The position numbers and the translations under genes were made by a program. Positions 48,801 through 60,195 of a DNA stretch of 64,000 nt are shown piece after piece. Location: assembly GCA_951406725.2 (NCBI GenBank), contig OX597816.1, positions 124,682,001 to 124,746,000 on the forward strand. The letters run 5' to 3'. Every line of letters starts with the position of its first letter. Position 1 is the stretch's first letter. Below the pieces are notes generated by a model. That model was given only the letters and a program-made list of their open reading frames with translations. It had not been told where the DNA came from and did not search any database. The stretch is from Octopus vulgaris (taxonomy: Eukaryota).

Positions 48801-50821
48801 TCCTTTCTGGGTTTTGCTTTTTTTGTTTTTACTTCACATAGATGTTGGTTTAATTCTAGACATCTGCTAAATATTTAAATCATACAAATTATGATGTGCT
48901 TAATGAGACCCATGTGATTTATTTACGGCGCACATCAATCACTGAACCCACTCTAGCAGTAATTTTCCCTACCTCAATACGAACCAATTTTTTTGTTTTT
49001 AAAAATGCAATTATATCAATATACCGTGAAATACTATTGTGATTTACATTTTTCGCAGAAAGCCGTCAATCTTGCAAAAGCACATTCACTCCTTAATCTT
49101 CCAACCTTTGTCCATCATAAACTCACCGCTCAGCACACACTTCTACCAGTAAGTTTTAACAACTTTTCCACGTATGCTCTGCCATTGTTTTCAAAATATT
49201 TTTTGATGTTCAAATATTTTTGACTTCTCTGCTTTTCACTAATGACAAATGAATATTTACCCAAAATATTTGTTTTATGTTTCTTATTTTTATTTATTTA
49301 CATTTAATATATCTAGGGGAGTCACATTTAGAATTGGTGGAGAATAGTTTAATATATGTTATGTTACAATAAAAGTATAAATAAAATTGCACCAGACACT
49401 AATTAATATTGTTTACATTAGCGAAAGAATCAATGGAGAAGAGAGAAGAAATATTTGCTGTAGCTATTTACGGTTGTTTGGGACATAGTGAATTTGAAGT
49501 ACGAGCTAACAATTGTCTATGATCGGACGGAACGAAAGTGGTCAGGAACAATAAACAATAAGCAATTTCCCTCATAGAAAATAGCTGTTAATGATAACGT
49601 TTCAGTGTGTCTATCTTCGTTTTGAAGCGGCCGTTACCACGAGAGAACTCGTAATTACATAGTTTTTCGCATCATTTGGCTTCATCAGTCAATGGAAAGC
49701 AAAATGTCACTATCTTACGAAATTTATCATGGTACTAATAGTAATAAGGAAAGAGCGTGTGCATAGTATTTCCCTATATTTCACTGCTAATTGAATAGAG
49801 TAATCGTATGAATCATTAATTAATGTGGCGGTCAATATTAATTAGATATTTATTTTACCATCGTAGAGAATATGTTGTATCCCAGCAAATTTAGATATAC
49901 AAGCACATAAATATATAATGTTATTGCAAATCAGAGGACTATTGGACAGGACTCCAAGAATTGGAGGGACAAAGCGATGTGATGATAAGTATACGAAAAT
50001 TTTGGAAAAAAGTAGGGATATGAAATATTTAATTATGTTGACATAAGGAAAATTACACAAAATAACTAGCTCGTATTGCTAAGATCAATAGAAAACAGAA
50101 GGATGTGATAAAGAACGACGAATATGTAGAGCCTTTCTGTTATAATGATATAATGCAAAGGGGACGGTAAAGTATGCTTCTGAATGCAATCAATAGTGTA
50201 AAGTACAAAACTGGAGCTAGATTTGATCAGACACATACAGACACAAGCACATATAAACACACAGAAACACACGCACACACACATGCACACAAGTACACGC
50301 ACAAATAACTGAAACGATGTATAAGGCAGTATAACACAATTAAAGAAGTGTGTGCAAGGCGTGAGTATATATATATATATATATATATATACCGATACGA
50401 ACACACACGCAAACTTACGGATGGTGCAATGGAGATTCTGGGTTCTGTAGGAGTTAGGGGGCATTCAACAGCAGATATAATCTCAAGCTGACATACCCGA
50501 TGTTGATTAAGTGCCACCTTGCAATATATGAGCGAAAAAATTTAATCGCTCTAACGCGTTTATCTGAAATGAAGTAATGGCTTTCTTAGCAAATTCGTAG
50601 ATAAAATACATGTCAGTGCTAAGTGCTGCATTATCACTCACTCACACGCATATTTACGCGCACGCACACACACACATTCACACACGCACACGTACAGTAC
50701 ACATACGAGCACACATGCTTGCACATATGTTTATCTTTTAGTACAGTATTTGATGCGCGTGTGTGTGTGAATATTAAATTTGTTTGATTTATGCTATACA
50801 AACATAAATATACACTACGTA

Positions 50822-50862
50822 TATTCTTTAGGAATTTTTCGATGTTGTTGTTATTATTGTTG

Positions 50863-50913
<51 letters not shown>

Positions 50914-50984
50914 TCACTGCCTGGAATCGAACTCGGAATCTTGGGGTTAGTAGCCCGCACTCTTAACCACTACGCCATATGCCC
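50822..50984 (-). mobile_element. Second copy of the tRNA-head/(AAT)n SINE, 3'-truncated before the HHR
   Basis: gggcatatggcgtagtggttaagagtgcgggctactaaccccaagattccgagttcgattccaggcagtgacctg(aat)n..aacatcgaaaaat matches 10020-9782. Confidence 0.85.
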
Positions 50985-51015
50985 GTGGGCAATTATGGAG
51001 TGAATTTATATTAAA

Positions 51016-51409
51016 CTAGCAGTATCGCCCGGCGTTGCTCGGGTTTGTAAGGGAAATAACTATATAAGCATTTTTAGAGATGTAAAGTATAATAGCCATC
51101 TCAATATGGCTAACCACAAAGGGGGGTGTTACTGTAGCTTTTTACGTTCTGAGATTTAATAATACATTTTTAGAGAGTTACTTCCCTTATATATGCATAA
51201 AATTCATTGAAAACGGGAAAAATTGATGGTAATTTTTTTTTAAATCGTAGACTCATCGTAGACGCGCGCTAATACCCAGAAGGGCTCGATACGAATCACG
51301 ACTATAAGATACCCGGTTTTAGTTAAACTGCACCGCAAAATGTGGGAGTAGTTAGGAATCTAAATCGTAGGAGACAGACACCACACAACCTCACTTTTAT
51401 ATATATAGA
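51016..51409 (-). mobile_element. Non-autonomous Helitron (394 bp)
   Basis: Minus strand A|TCtatatatataaaag...cccgagcaacgccggg hairpin...CTAG|T. Shows 5'-TC, 3'-CTAG, a subterminal GC hairpin and an A|T insertion site. Confidence 0.9.
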
Positions 51410-51799
51410 TTTATGAGCCCTAAAATTCACCCCATAATTCACTCCGTTGTGTGTGTGTGTGTATGTATTAGAAAATTGTATTCGCTTAGTCGTTTTCTCA
51501 GTGCGCATTGGCACTGAAACGAACACAAGCAGTGGGTGAAGCGATATGTAAGTTTACTATTAGTAGATTTGTCTGAAGAGAATCATTCATATTGGTGCTG
51601 AATTCAAAATTATATCAAGTTAAATGACATTCCTTCTTGCAATTTTGCAGAGGTAACACGCAATCCTTATTTCACTTAGTTTTCTTTTTCCAACAATGCC
51701 TGTGAATATATAATGTAAATTTTTGTGGCTTCTGAGTGTTTTGACTCCTATATTTAGCAAATCAGGTGCTTAACAAGCGCCCTTATATGCAATTCTTTA

Positions 51800-51878
<79 letters not shown>

Positions 51879-51959
51879 AAGTTGGTTCTGCAGTTTCTTG
51901 CTGAACAAGCTGCACAAATGATTTGCTTATAGTAATCAAATGTATGAGCTATACATTAG

Positions 51960-52120
51960 CTCACTCACTCTATCAAATCGATGTTGCACTACAATCATTT
52001 GTGGAAGTGATCACAGAGCAAGATGACATGAAGTATTGCGCAGAAGAACGCACTGCAGCAATTGAAATCAAGATCTTCTGATTGGGAGTACAACACTCCA
52101 ACCACCAGGACATCCACCCT
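51960..52120 (-). mobile_element. Decayed tRNA-derived SINE 5' part
   Basis: Minus strand gtcctggtggttggagtgttgtactcccaatcagaagatcttgatttcaattgc. Confidence 0.5.
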
Positions 52121-52182
52121 CGACATACGTACTCATGTACGTACATATATCTTTTATATAATATATATATATATATACACAC

Positions 52183-52564
52183 ACCAAGTAAGTTAGGGGT
52201 TGTGGATCCAACCCACTAAGGGATAATATTAATCCAATATACTGTTGGTATAATACCCAATTTATTAGTACACAAGTGTTTTGAATTGCAATGCAATTAA
52301 CTGACTTATTGTATTAAATGGGTGAAGGTAAATAAATATTTTACCATTAATTTATAATACAAATAAGAAAATGGAGAAACAATTTAGTTGGTTCATCAGC
52401 TTTAGGATATTAGAATGTTGACTTATTTATTTGTTTAACACAAACGAGAACCTTAGTAACGTACATATATACATTATAATTCAATACATATAAGATAAGA
52501 ATACAGTTATAAAAATCTTAATATAAATTATTGAAATCATTAAAATCACTCTTACAGCTGTATC
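52183..52564. mobile_element. Probable PLE-type non-coding remnant, cut by the LINE
   Basis: Follows (TA)n and contains ggtgaaggtaaataaatattttacc. Ends in cttacagctgt, whose reverse complement ACAGCTGTAAG looks like an HHR helix-III half. Confidence 0.35.
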
Positions 52565-55480
52565 TATTATCAGAGAAGTTCCGCTGTTGTAGTCCTTGAT
52601 CACAATGTCTGGTCGATTGGAGTTAATTTTTCTGTCACTTTGTACTGGGAAGTTCCAAAGGATGGTAACGTCCTCGCTATTTCCTTCATCCTCTTGATGG
52701 TGTCTGTATAACTTAAAAGGGGATTTAATTTTGTAGTATTTACAAGCATTCTTGTGGATGTACTGCCCTAGACTGTCATGTCTTATGAGGTACTCCTATT
52801 CAGTGAGGACTGGGCAACCAAAAACAACATGTTCAAATGTCTCTGCGAATTTTCTGCAAATTCTGCAAAAGAGGTCAGATCCATCTTTAAGGACGTTTGC
52901 ATGGTACTTTCTGGTAGGCGAGCTCTGATCTTGCGCTGCATTAACAAAACCTTCTGTTCGTCCTTTTACACCTGACTGTTGTAGCCATTGGTGTGTTCGG
53001 TTTTGATCAATACCTGGCTTGGACAGGCGGTTAGGGTATTTTCCATGCAGGGGTTTGCCTTTCCGCTTGTCTTCGATATTATTCATGTAAGCCTTCTTTG
53101 CTTTTTGTTTGATGTTTTTTGCATCAGTGATAGGTTGGTCACTATTTGGAACCCGTTGGTCTTTCTGATTATTAATTTTTGAATAAGGAGATGCAATGGT
53201 AGATCTGTCAGTATTTGGGTGTCTTTGGCCATTCTTATTATTAACTTGTAGGGCAAAATACTTTTTAAATTCCTTACTAAGCTTCATGACTGAAGCTTGC
53301 TTTGAATCTTCATGCTTCAGCGCAGTTCGTAAGAGCACTTCCCTTGTTGTATTAAGGTACATTTCAAGGCCTATTATTTCTGATTTGAAGGATTGTTCGA
53401 GCTGAATCAATCCTCTTTCACCTATTTTCTTTGGGAGATAAATCCTGCCTACATCTGATTTTGGATGGCGCATTCGGTAACTTGTAAGGATTTTGCGGAT
53501 CTTTCCATTCATATTCTGCATGTCAGTGAGACCCCACCTAATGGAGCTATATATGGTTACAAGTGTGGACAACGAATTCTGTTAGCAGCATTTAATCCTA
53601 AGTTTATGAGCATTCTTAACCTTCGGTAGCATTTATTTCGGATTTTCTCTTTCGCTTTAGAGTGCTGGATACCATCACCTTCATTAGTTCCAGATATTTG
53701 TATATTTCGGATCGGTCTAGTTTTCAATATAGCTGTGGTAGTATTAAGTTCTATGTTTTCTGCCTTCATGAACTTCTCTGCCTTGAAAGTAGCCTTTGCA
53801 CATTTATCAAGTCCGAATTCCATACCTATACCAGAGCTGAATTCTTTAACAATATTCAGCAGCTCTTCCTAATAGAGTAGATGATTCATTTCCTAATAGA
53901 GTAGATGATTCATTTTCTGGTCCAAAATCTTATACATTCTTTTAGCATTATTCAGTTGCGTGAATAATTGGAAGAGGGCGAGACAGAATAGTACTGGTGA
54001 TAATGAATCGCCTTGAAAGATACCACAGGTGATATTGTTGTTTGGTGAGGTAGCATATCCTTGTATATGGTTTCAACTGAGAGTGGTTCACTAGGAATCC
54101 ATAATTACTTTTAATAAGTTCACAATTGTTGCAGCTATCTTGTAAATTTCCAGGGCCTTGATGATCCATGCATGGGGGACACTGTCAAAAGCTTTCTTGT
54201 AATCTATCCAAGCGGTGCTAAGGTTTCTGCATTTGGAATTACAATTTTCACTGAACATTTTAGCAATTAGTAATTGGTCCTTACATCCATATGAACCCCT
54301 TTTACATTCTCTTTGTTCAACAGGGAATAACTTCCTATAGTTCACGAATTCATAAGCTCTATTCGCTATTATACATGTTAATAGTTTATATATAGTGGGG
54401 AGGCATGTTATGGGTCGGTATGTTGGGGGATTAGTAGTTTCTTCTGTTTTTGGTAAGAGATATGTAATTCCTTCTATAAACCACTTTGGAGCTTTCGCAG
54501 GGATGGACATGACGTCATTGAGTGTTACGGATATGTTGTGGTGAGTGTTCATTAAAGAGTTTAGCCAAAAATTTGGAATGTTATTTATACCTGGGGATTT
54601 CCAATTTTTTGACTTGGCGAATGCCGCTTTCACTTCTTCAATTGTTATATTCTGCCATTCTTGATATTGGAGGTGGGCTTTGGCCTCTTGTATGTCCCTG
54701 ACCCAATATGCATTCTGATTAAACTCCTTTGAATTACTCCAAATGATTTTTTTCTAAAAATCTTCAGTTTGCTGGTAGGGAGGAAGCGTTTTCACAATAA
54801 TGAGATTTTTTTCCCAGTTCCCTATAGAATTGTTTTCATGTTCTTCTTGACTAGTATGATTTGTTTATGAAATGCTGAGCGTTTTTTTTTTGTATCTAGC
54901 CAGTCGTTTGGCTTTTAATTGTAGTTTTTGTTTGAGGATTTCAATCTGTGTATTCTTTGTTTTCTTGTAAAGGACATGTTTAGCAATTATTATTTTTAGT
55001 TTGTTGGATTTATTAGTTTTTCCCTTTGTTTGCTTCAAGTAGAAAAGGTATATCTGCTCTTGGATTATTCGCCGGTTTATTCTTTTCCGCTATGCAGTTT
55101 GTTTGTGTACATTGCACTTTCTTTGTCTATCTCTAATTTTTTAATACTGCATTTCTGAGTTTCAGCATAAGCAGCTGAGTAAATGAGTTGATCAATCACT
55201 TTCAGGGCATTTTCTCTACTATTCTCAAGGAGTTGTCTTATCATCTTTCCAAATGATTGATCAAGTTCTTTGATTATTTGTCTGTTCTTATTAATATTAA
55301 TAATCGTGGAAAGGTTGATGCAGTTATATAAGATATTGTTCTAGTATTCCGTCTAACAGTTCATTGTTAAGGTGATCATTTATAGCGTTTTTAGTATCAA
55401 CTGATGGTTCACCTTCATAGGGTTCTGTAAGAGCACTGACCTTGGCCTTGAAAGGAACCAATTCACCTTGATCTATTTTT
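52565..55480 (-). mobile_element. Decayed R4/Dong-like (RLE-type) non-LTR retrotransposon
   Basis: KSPGINNIPNFWL, YRPITCLPTIYK, WIDYKKAFDSVPH, GIFQGDSLSP, EFGLDKCAK, CRIC..ETFEHVVFGC, RHD, ILWNFPVQSDRKINSNRPDIV. Confidence 0.9.
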
Positions 55481-55530
55481 AATTACTGATAGTAGAAAAT
55501 AATTATATATATATATATTTCTACACACAC

Positions 55531-55607
<77 letters not shown>

Positions 55608-55653
55608 TGTTCACCTCGTTGAATTTTTGAATTTCTGAGATTTTTTTTTGAAA

Positions 55654-55685
<32 letters not shown>

Positions 55686-55686
<1 letters not shown>

Positions 55687-56690
55687 GCCTTTGCACAACT
55701 TCTAACGCTAGAGATATTCTGCGGTGTCAGCTGTTCACTACCAGTGAACACCTCTTATTTTTCGAGCACCTTCCGGAGTATTCGAGCGGTTCCAAGCAGT
55801 ACTGTTTTCTGCAAGTGCTCCACCCTTTTTGCGCCCCCTATTTGTTCCACGTACATCCCCAGAGTTTTGCTCACTGTTACCAGGGTTCCGACAATTATTG
55901 GCACTACTGCCACCGTTTTCATCAATCACAACTGCTTAGCTTCCCAAGCTAACCTGTCAAATCTCTCAACATTACTTTCTTTCTTATCGCATATCTTGTT
56001 ATCAGCTGGGCAGCATGCTATATCTATGATCCGGCATAGTTTGTTTTCTTTCTCAATTAAAATTATGTCCGGCATCCTATTCACTATCTGGTAATCACAC
56101 TCAATCATAAAATCCCATAGGATCTTTGCATTTGTATTTCGACGATACCTTCAGGTTTGTGGTCGAACCAATTTTTTTCTCTGTCAAGTCCATACCTGTT
56201 GTAGAGTCTCCAAAGAACAAGCCTTGCTATATTGTCGTGGTGTCTTTTATATTCCTTCTAGGTTAGAGGCGCACATTGGCTGGTAATATACGATACGGTT
56301 TCACTTGTTTTCTCGACATATACTGCACTTATCACTTTCTGGTGTCTTGTCTATTCTCTATTTTATGTAGTTTGTTGTTAGTGCTTGCTGTTGGGCAGCA
56401 TAGATTAGAGCCTCCGTTTTCGGTTTTAAATCACTTTTAGCCATCCATAGCCATCTTGTTTCTCTGTCTTCAACATCCCTATGAAATTGTCTATGCATTC
56501 TTTTCTTTACCCACCTATTTTCAGTTTTCAATTTTTGGTATAATGCTTTATCTTTGCAATCTTTCATCTACACAAGCCTGACCTGCCTTCTTCTAATAAT
56601 AGCAACTCTGTGGCATTTTTTACATACCATGCTATGCTATTTTCGTCTGCTCTAGTGCTGTGTTCGCCTCAAATAAGTCATCCTCCGGCT
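55686..56690 (-). mobile_element. R4/Dong-like 3' fragment, second family, ending at (AAT)n
   Basis: AAQQQALTTNY, ILWDF..NRMPDII..IDIAC, LQKTVLLGTARILRKVLEK*. The short 3' UTR joins (AAT)n at about 55655-55685. Confidence 0.85.
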
Positions 56691-56719
56691 CTTTTTCATG
56701 GTACATACATTCTATCTGT

Positions 56720-56732
56720 GTCATCGTCGTCG

Positions 56733-56796
<64 letters not shown>

Positions 56797-56893
56797 CATC
56801 ATCCTCATCATCATCATCGTCGTCGTCGTCGTCATCGTCGTCGTCGTCATCGTCGTCGTCGTCATCGTCGTCGTCGTTGTTGTTGTTATTATT
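56720..56893. repeat. (TCA)/(TCG)/(TTG)n compound microsatellite
   Basis: Direct reading. Confidence 0.95.
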
Positions 56894-56894
56894 A

Positions 56895-57360
56895 ATATTA
56901 TGTTTTTTTCCTTCTTTCTTCAAATTTTCTTCCGTTTCTCGCCGAGTGTTTTCCATACACCTGGGGCAGAGAAGCTCATTGTATGCATTCCCAGATTACA
57001 CGCGCAAATTCACAGATAAAATATGTATTTATAAATTAATAAATAAATAAAGTCATGGATGGATCTTATTTTCACAGCGATAGTGCTCTTCTCAGTACAT
57101 GAGCCGTTCCAGTTAATACGATTTTTTGCACTTCCTGTAGGGATGGTAAGCCTGAAATCATTTTCAAATAGGTTTCAGTGCCTTTTTTTATCATTCCTAG
57201 AGATACTACAATCACTGGTACTGTAGTCGTCTTGAGATGCCACATTTTTTCAAATTCCATTAGCAGGTCTTTGTATTTACCAATCTTGTCAAATTCTTTC
57301 GCCGCTATATTGTGATCACAGGGAATACTCATGTCTTTCAATTTCCATTGGCAGGTCTTT
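56895..57360 (-). mobile_element. R4/Dong-like 3' fragment, third family
   Basis: DMSIPCDHNIAAKEFDKIGKYKDL..VPVIVVSLG..VQKIVLTGTAHVLRRALSL*. The 3' UTR ends at aataataac. Confidence 0.85.
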
Positions 57361-57649
57361 GTATTTACCAATCTTACTACTGGTACTACCACAGCTGTTG
57401 ATACTACCACTGCTGCTGATGCTGTTGCTGCTACTACTACTGCTGCTGTTGCTGCGGCCATTAATATTGCTACTTCCACTGCCGCTCCAACTGCTGACAA
57501 TGATATTGCTGCTGCTACAACTACTGGGACTATTGCTGCTACTAATGATGCTAAATGAGGCCCCTATATGACAATTAGTGGTGAAATCTTTTATTTAATT
57601 TTTAAAAAAAATTTTATGTTATTATTATTATTATTATTTTTTTTTTTTT

Positions 57650-57938
57650 AAATGAAAACTTAATAATAATTTAACTTCTTGAAAAGAAAATTTCTAACAG
57701 TACACCGAATCGCTTGTCCAAAGGTTATAAAGGAAGCGCGCCCGTCAGGAGGCTGCCAGCCTGATGGCGAAAAATTTTCAAATGGCAGAATATCTTCCCC
57801 GAATACGAACCTGGAAGGTCACTTAAACGGGATTTGTCCCAAATTAAGCCCCCAAAGTTCACCACCACAACGACCAGAAAATCAAAAGAGTAAAAGAACT
57901 AAATGGAACCGGGAAGAATATAAAGAAGTAATATATGC

Positions 57939-57945
<7 letters not shown>
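57650..57945 (+). mobile_element. R4/Dong-like 5' fragment
   Basis: KRTKWNREEYKEVIYAYY resembles the R4/Dong N-terminal RxKWTxEENxxIMxxYY. It runs into (TAT)n. Confidence 0.6.
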
Positions 57946-57997
<52 letters not shown>

Positions 57998-58278
57998 TCT
58001 CTTTATTACAGGACTTGTTGGAGATCCTGGAGTCTTGCATGCGTAGCAGTCTTGGTAACTGCAGGGTTACGTTACCATGCTGTCCGTTCATTTCAGCTGT
58101 CTAATAGTTTCCAAGGAGGTAAACCTTTTCTAGCAGTTCTACTAGGCACTCTATTCCAATTTCCTTTATATTCTCCTTGATGTTTTCTGATACTGTTTTC
58201 AAGGACCCAACAAGATATAGCACTATTTTCACCTTCTTCATTTTCCATACCCTGGCTATTTCGTACATATGAATGTTG

Positions 58279-58364
<86 letters not shown>

Positions 58365-59000
58365 CATTTTCGTCTTTCTTCTTGAATATTCGTGGGTCAA
58401 AAGGGCATGAAACATCAACTATGTAGCATATGTAGTGTAACCTGTCCACCACCACTAGGTCCAGTATGATATAATATAGCACCGGATCTGTTTGGATTGG
58501 GGAATCCCAGAGGATTTTGCTAGTCTTCGACTCTGTCACTCTATGCAGTTTGTACTCATATTACGTCTTGCCTCTCTCTCTAGTTCCCATTCTTCGCTCG
58601 ATTTCCAGTATAGCAATTTCGCTACCTGATCATGTCGTCACAACTTGTAGTGGTTTTGGGCAGGCGTAGGGCATTCGTTCTTGATATGGGCAATGGTTTC
58701 ATCAACTCTATTGCAGATGCTGCACAGCGGAGAGACTTGCTCATTTCTAAAGTATAGTGCTCTCAATCTCATTTTTTAGTATTTCTGTCATCAGCCAATT
58801 TCACCTATCATTTCTTCTGTGACTATGGAATTTAATGTGTAGTCCCTTCTTGCCTAATTCTTCTACATGTCCTTTTTGTACTTCATCTTTTGTTTTTCCT
58901 TTTTTCTCTGATTTCAACACTTTCTCGTTCCTAACTGTCACTAGCAAGGTTTCTTTACTCTGGAAAGAAGATAGCTGGTTTCCATAACGTCATTTCAAGT
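57998..59000 (-). mobile_element. R4/Dong-like 3' fragment, fourth family, with an internal (TATC)n expansion
   Basis: CSICNRVDETIAHIKNEC, RHDQVA, KILWDSPIQTD..DVSCPFD. The 3' end abuts (TAT)n at 57939-57997. (TATC)n at 58279-58365. Confidence 0.8.
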
Positions 59001-59262
59001 CACCATCGTACAACCCGATCTAAATCTTCTTTTCAATTAAATTATCATGTAGAGTTGCTGTGTATTTTTCTATTCTCCTGATTTGTAACTTACATAGTCC
59101 AAGCGTTCAAGGCCAGAAGATTATTAAATCCTGCTTATATAACACCTTCAACGGATGAAACTTTTAGTAGTTCATGACTATATAATGCTTTGATTAAACA
59201 ACATGTGTGTGTGTGTGTGTGTGTGTACGCTTGTATGTATATATAGATAGATATACGCAAAT

Positions 59263-59317
<55 letters not shown>

Positions 59318-59320
<3 letters not shown>

Positions 59321-59470
59321 AGAATTCACAAAAAAACAAAAGACGAAGACAACAAACGCTCGAGAAGTGAAAAAGTCTTTCACGTTTCGAACCCACGCTC
59401 TCCACAGAAAGGAATACAGAAAGAAACAAGGAGAGCAAATAAAGAAAGTGTAGTGGCTACCGATATACAT
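59318..59470 (-). mobile_element. Related copy of the 43381 HHR mini-element (inactive-looking HHR at 59375-59412)
   Basis: Minus strand cctttCTGTGGA-GAGC-gtgg-GTTC-GAAAC-GTG-aaagac. G at the cleavage position. 3' end at (TA)n. Confidence 0.75.
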
Positions 59471-59707
59471 ATAATTTAGAGAAAATCCTCTATTAAACAA
59501 TTCAATAAAGAAAAGTATTTATTGTGCTTTATTGATTTTTTAAATAGGTTTTTTTTATAGTATATGTTTTTTATATCTTTCTTTATTGAATTGTTTAACA
59601 GAGGTTTTACTCTGAATTATATACATATATTATATATTGTGAAATTTGATTTAAAATTGATAAATTGAACTATTCCCTGTAAGTTTTGGAATTATGTTCC
59701 CTATCAT

Positions 59708-59708
<1 letters not shown>
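59471..59708 (+). mobile_element. PLE-derived foldback element related to 35151-35450
   Basis: Inverted repeat 59471-59513/59578-59620. Terminal ttgtgaaatttgatt..ttccctgtaagttttggaattatgttccct is shared with 35378-35441. Confidence 0.65.
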
Positions 59709-59764
<56 letters not shown>

Positions 59765-59768
59765 TATT

Positions 59769-59821
<53 letters not shown>

Positions 59822-59900
59822 ATGTATGTATGTATGTATGTATGTATGTATGTATGTATGTATGTATGTATGTATGTATGTATGTATGTATGTATGTATG
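59709..59900. repeat. (AAT)n/(TAT)n/(TA)n/(TATG)n compound microsatellite
   Basis: Direct reading. Confidence 0.95.
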
Positions 59901-60029
59901 TTTACCAGTGGTCACCGAAGAAACGCGAGAGAAATAGGGAGATGAGAGAAGGTTTCTGTGCAATACGTATACCTATGAATAATAAATATTTAAAAGTTCA
60001 AGTAGGTTATGAACTGTTGCGTGTTAATT

Positions 60030-60195
60030 TGTGCGCTGTGCAAAATGCTTTGCGGCATTTCATCCATCTTTACATTCTGAGTTCGAATTCCACCAAGGTC
60101 CACTTTGCCTTTCATTCTTTCAGGGCCGATGAAATAAGCACTGGTTATGCACTGGGATTGATGTAATCCACTAATCGCCTCTTCCGAAATTTTAT
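60030..60195 (+). mobile_element. SINE fragment (10784 family)
   Basis: gcaaaatgctttgcggcatttc..gagttcgaattccaccaaggtccactttgcctttcattc. Confidence 0.8.

Noticed and set aside
50910-50984. Functional tRNA-Ser(ACT) gene (also 9950-10020)
   Set aside because: The acceptor stem is mismatched, there is no long variable arm and no T-run terminator, and it is embedded in a repeated composite element. It is better read as a SINE head.
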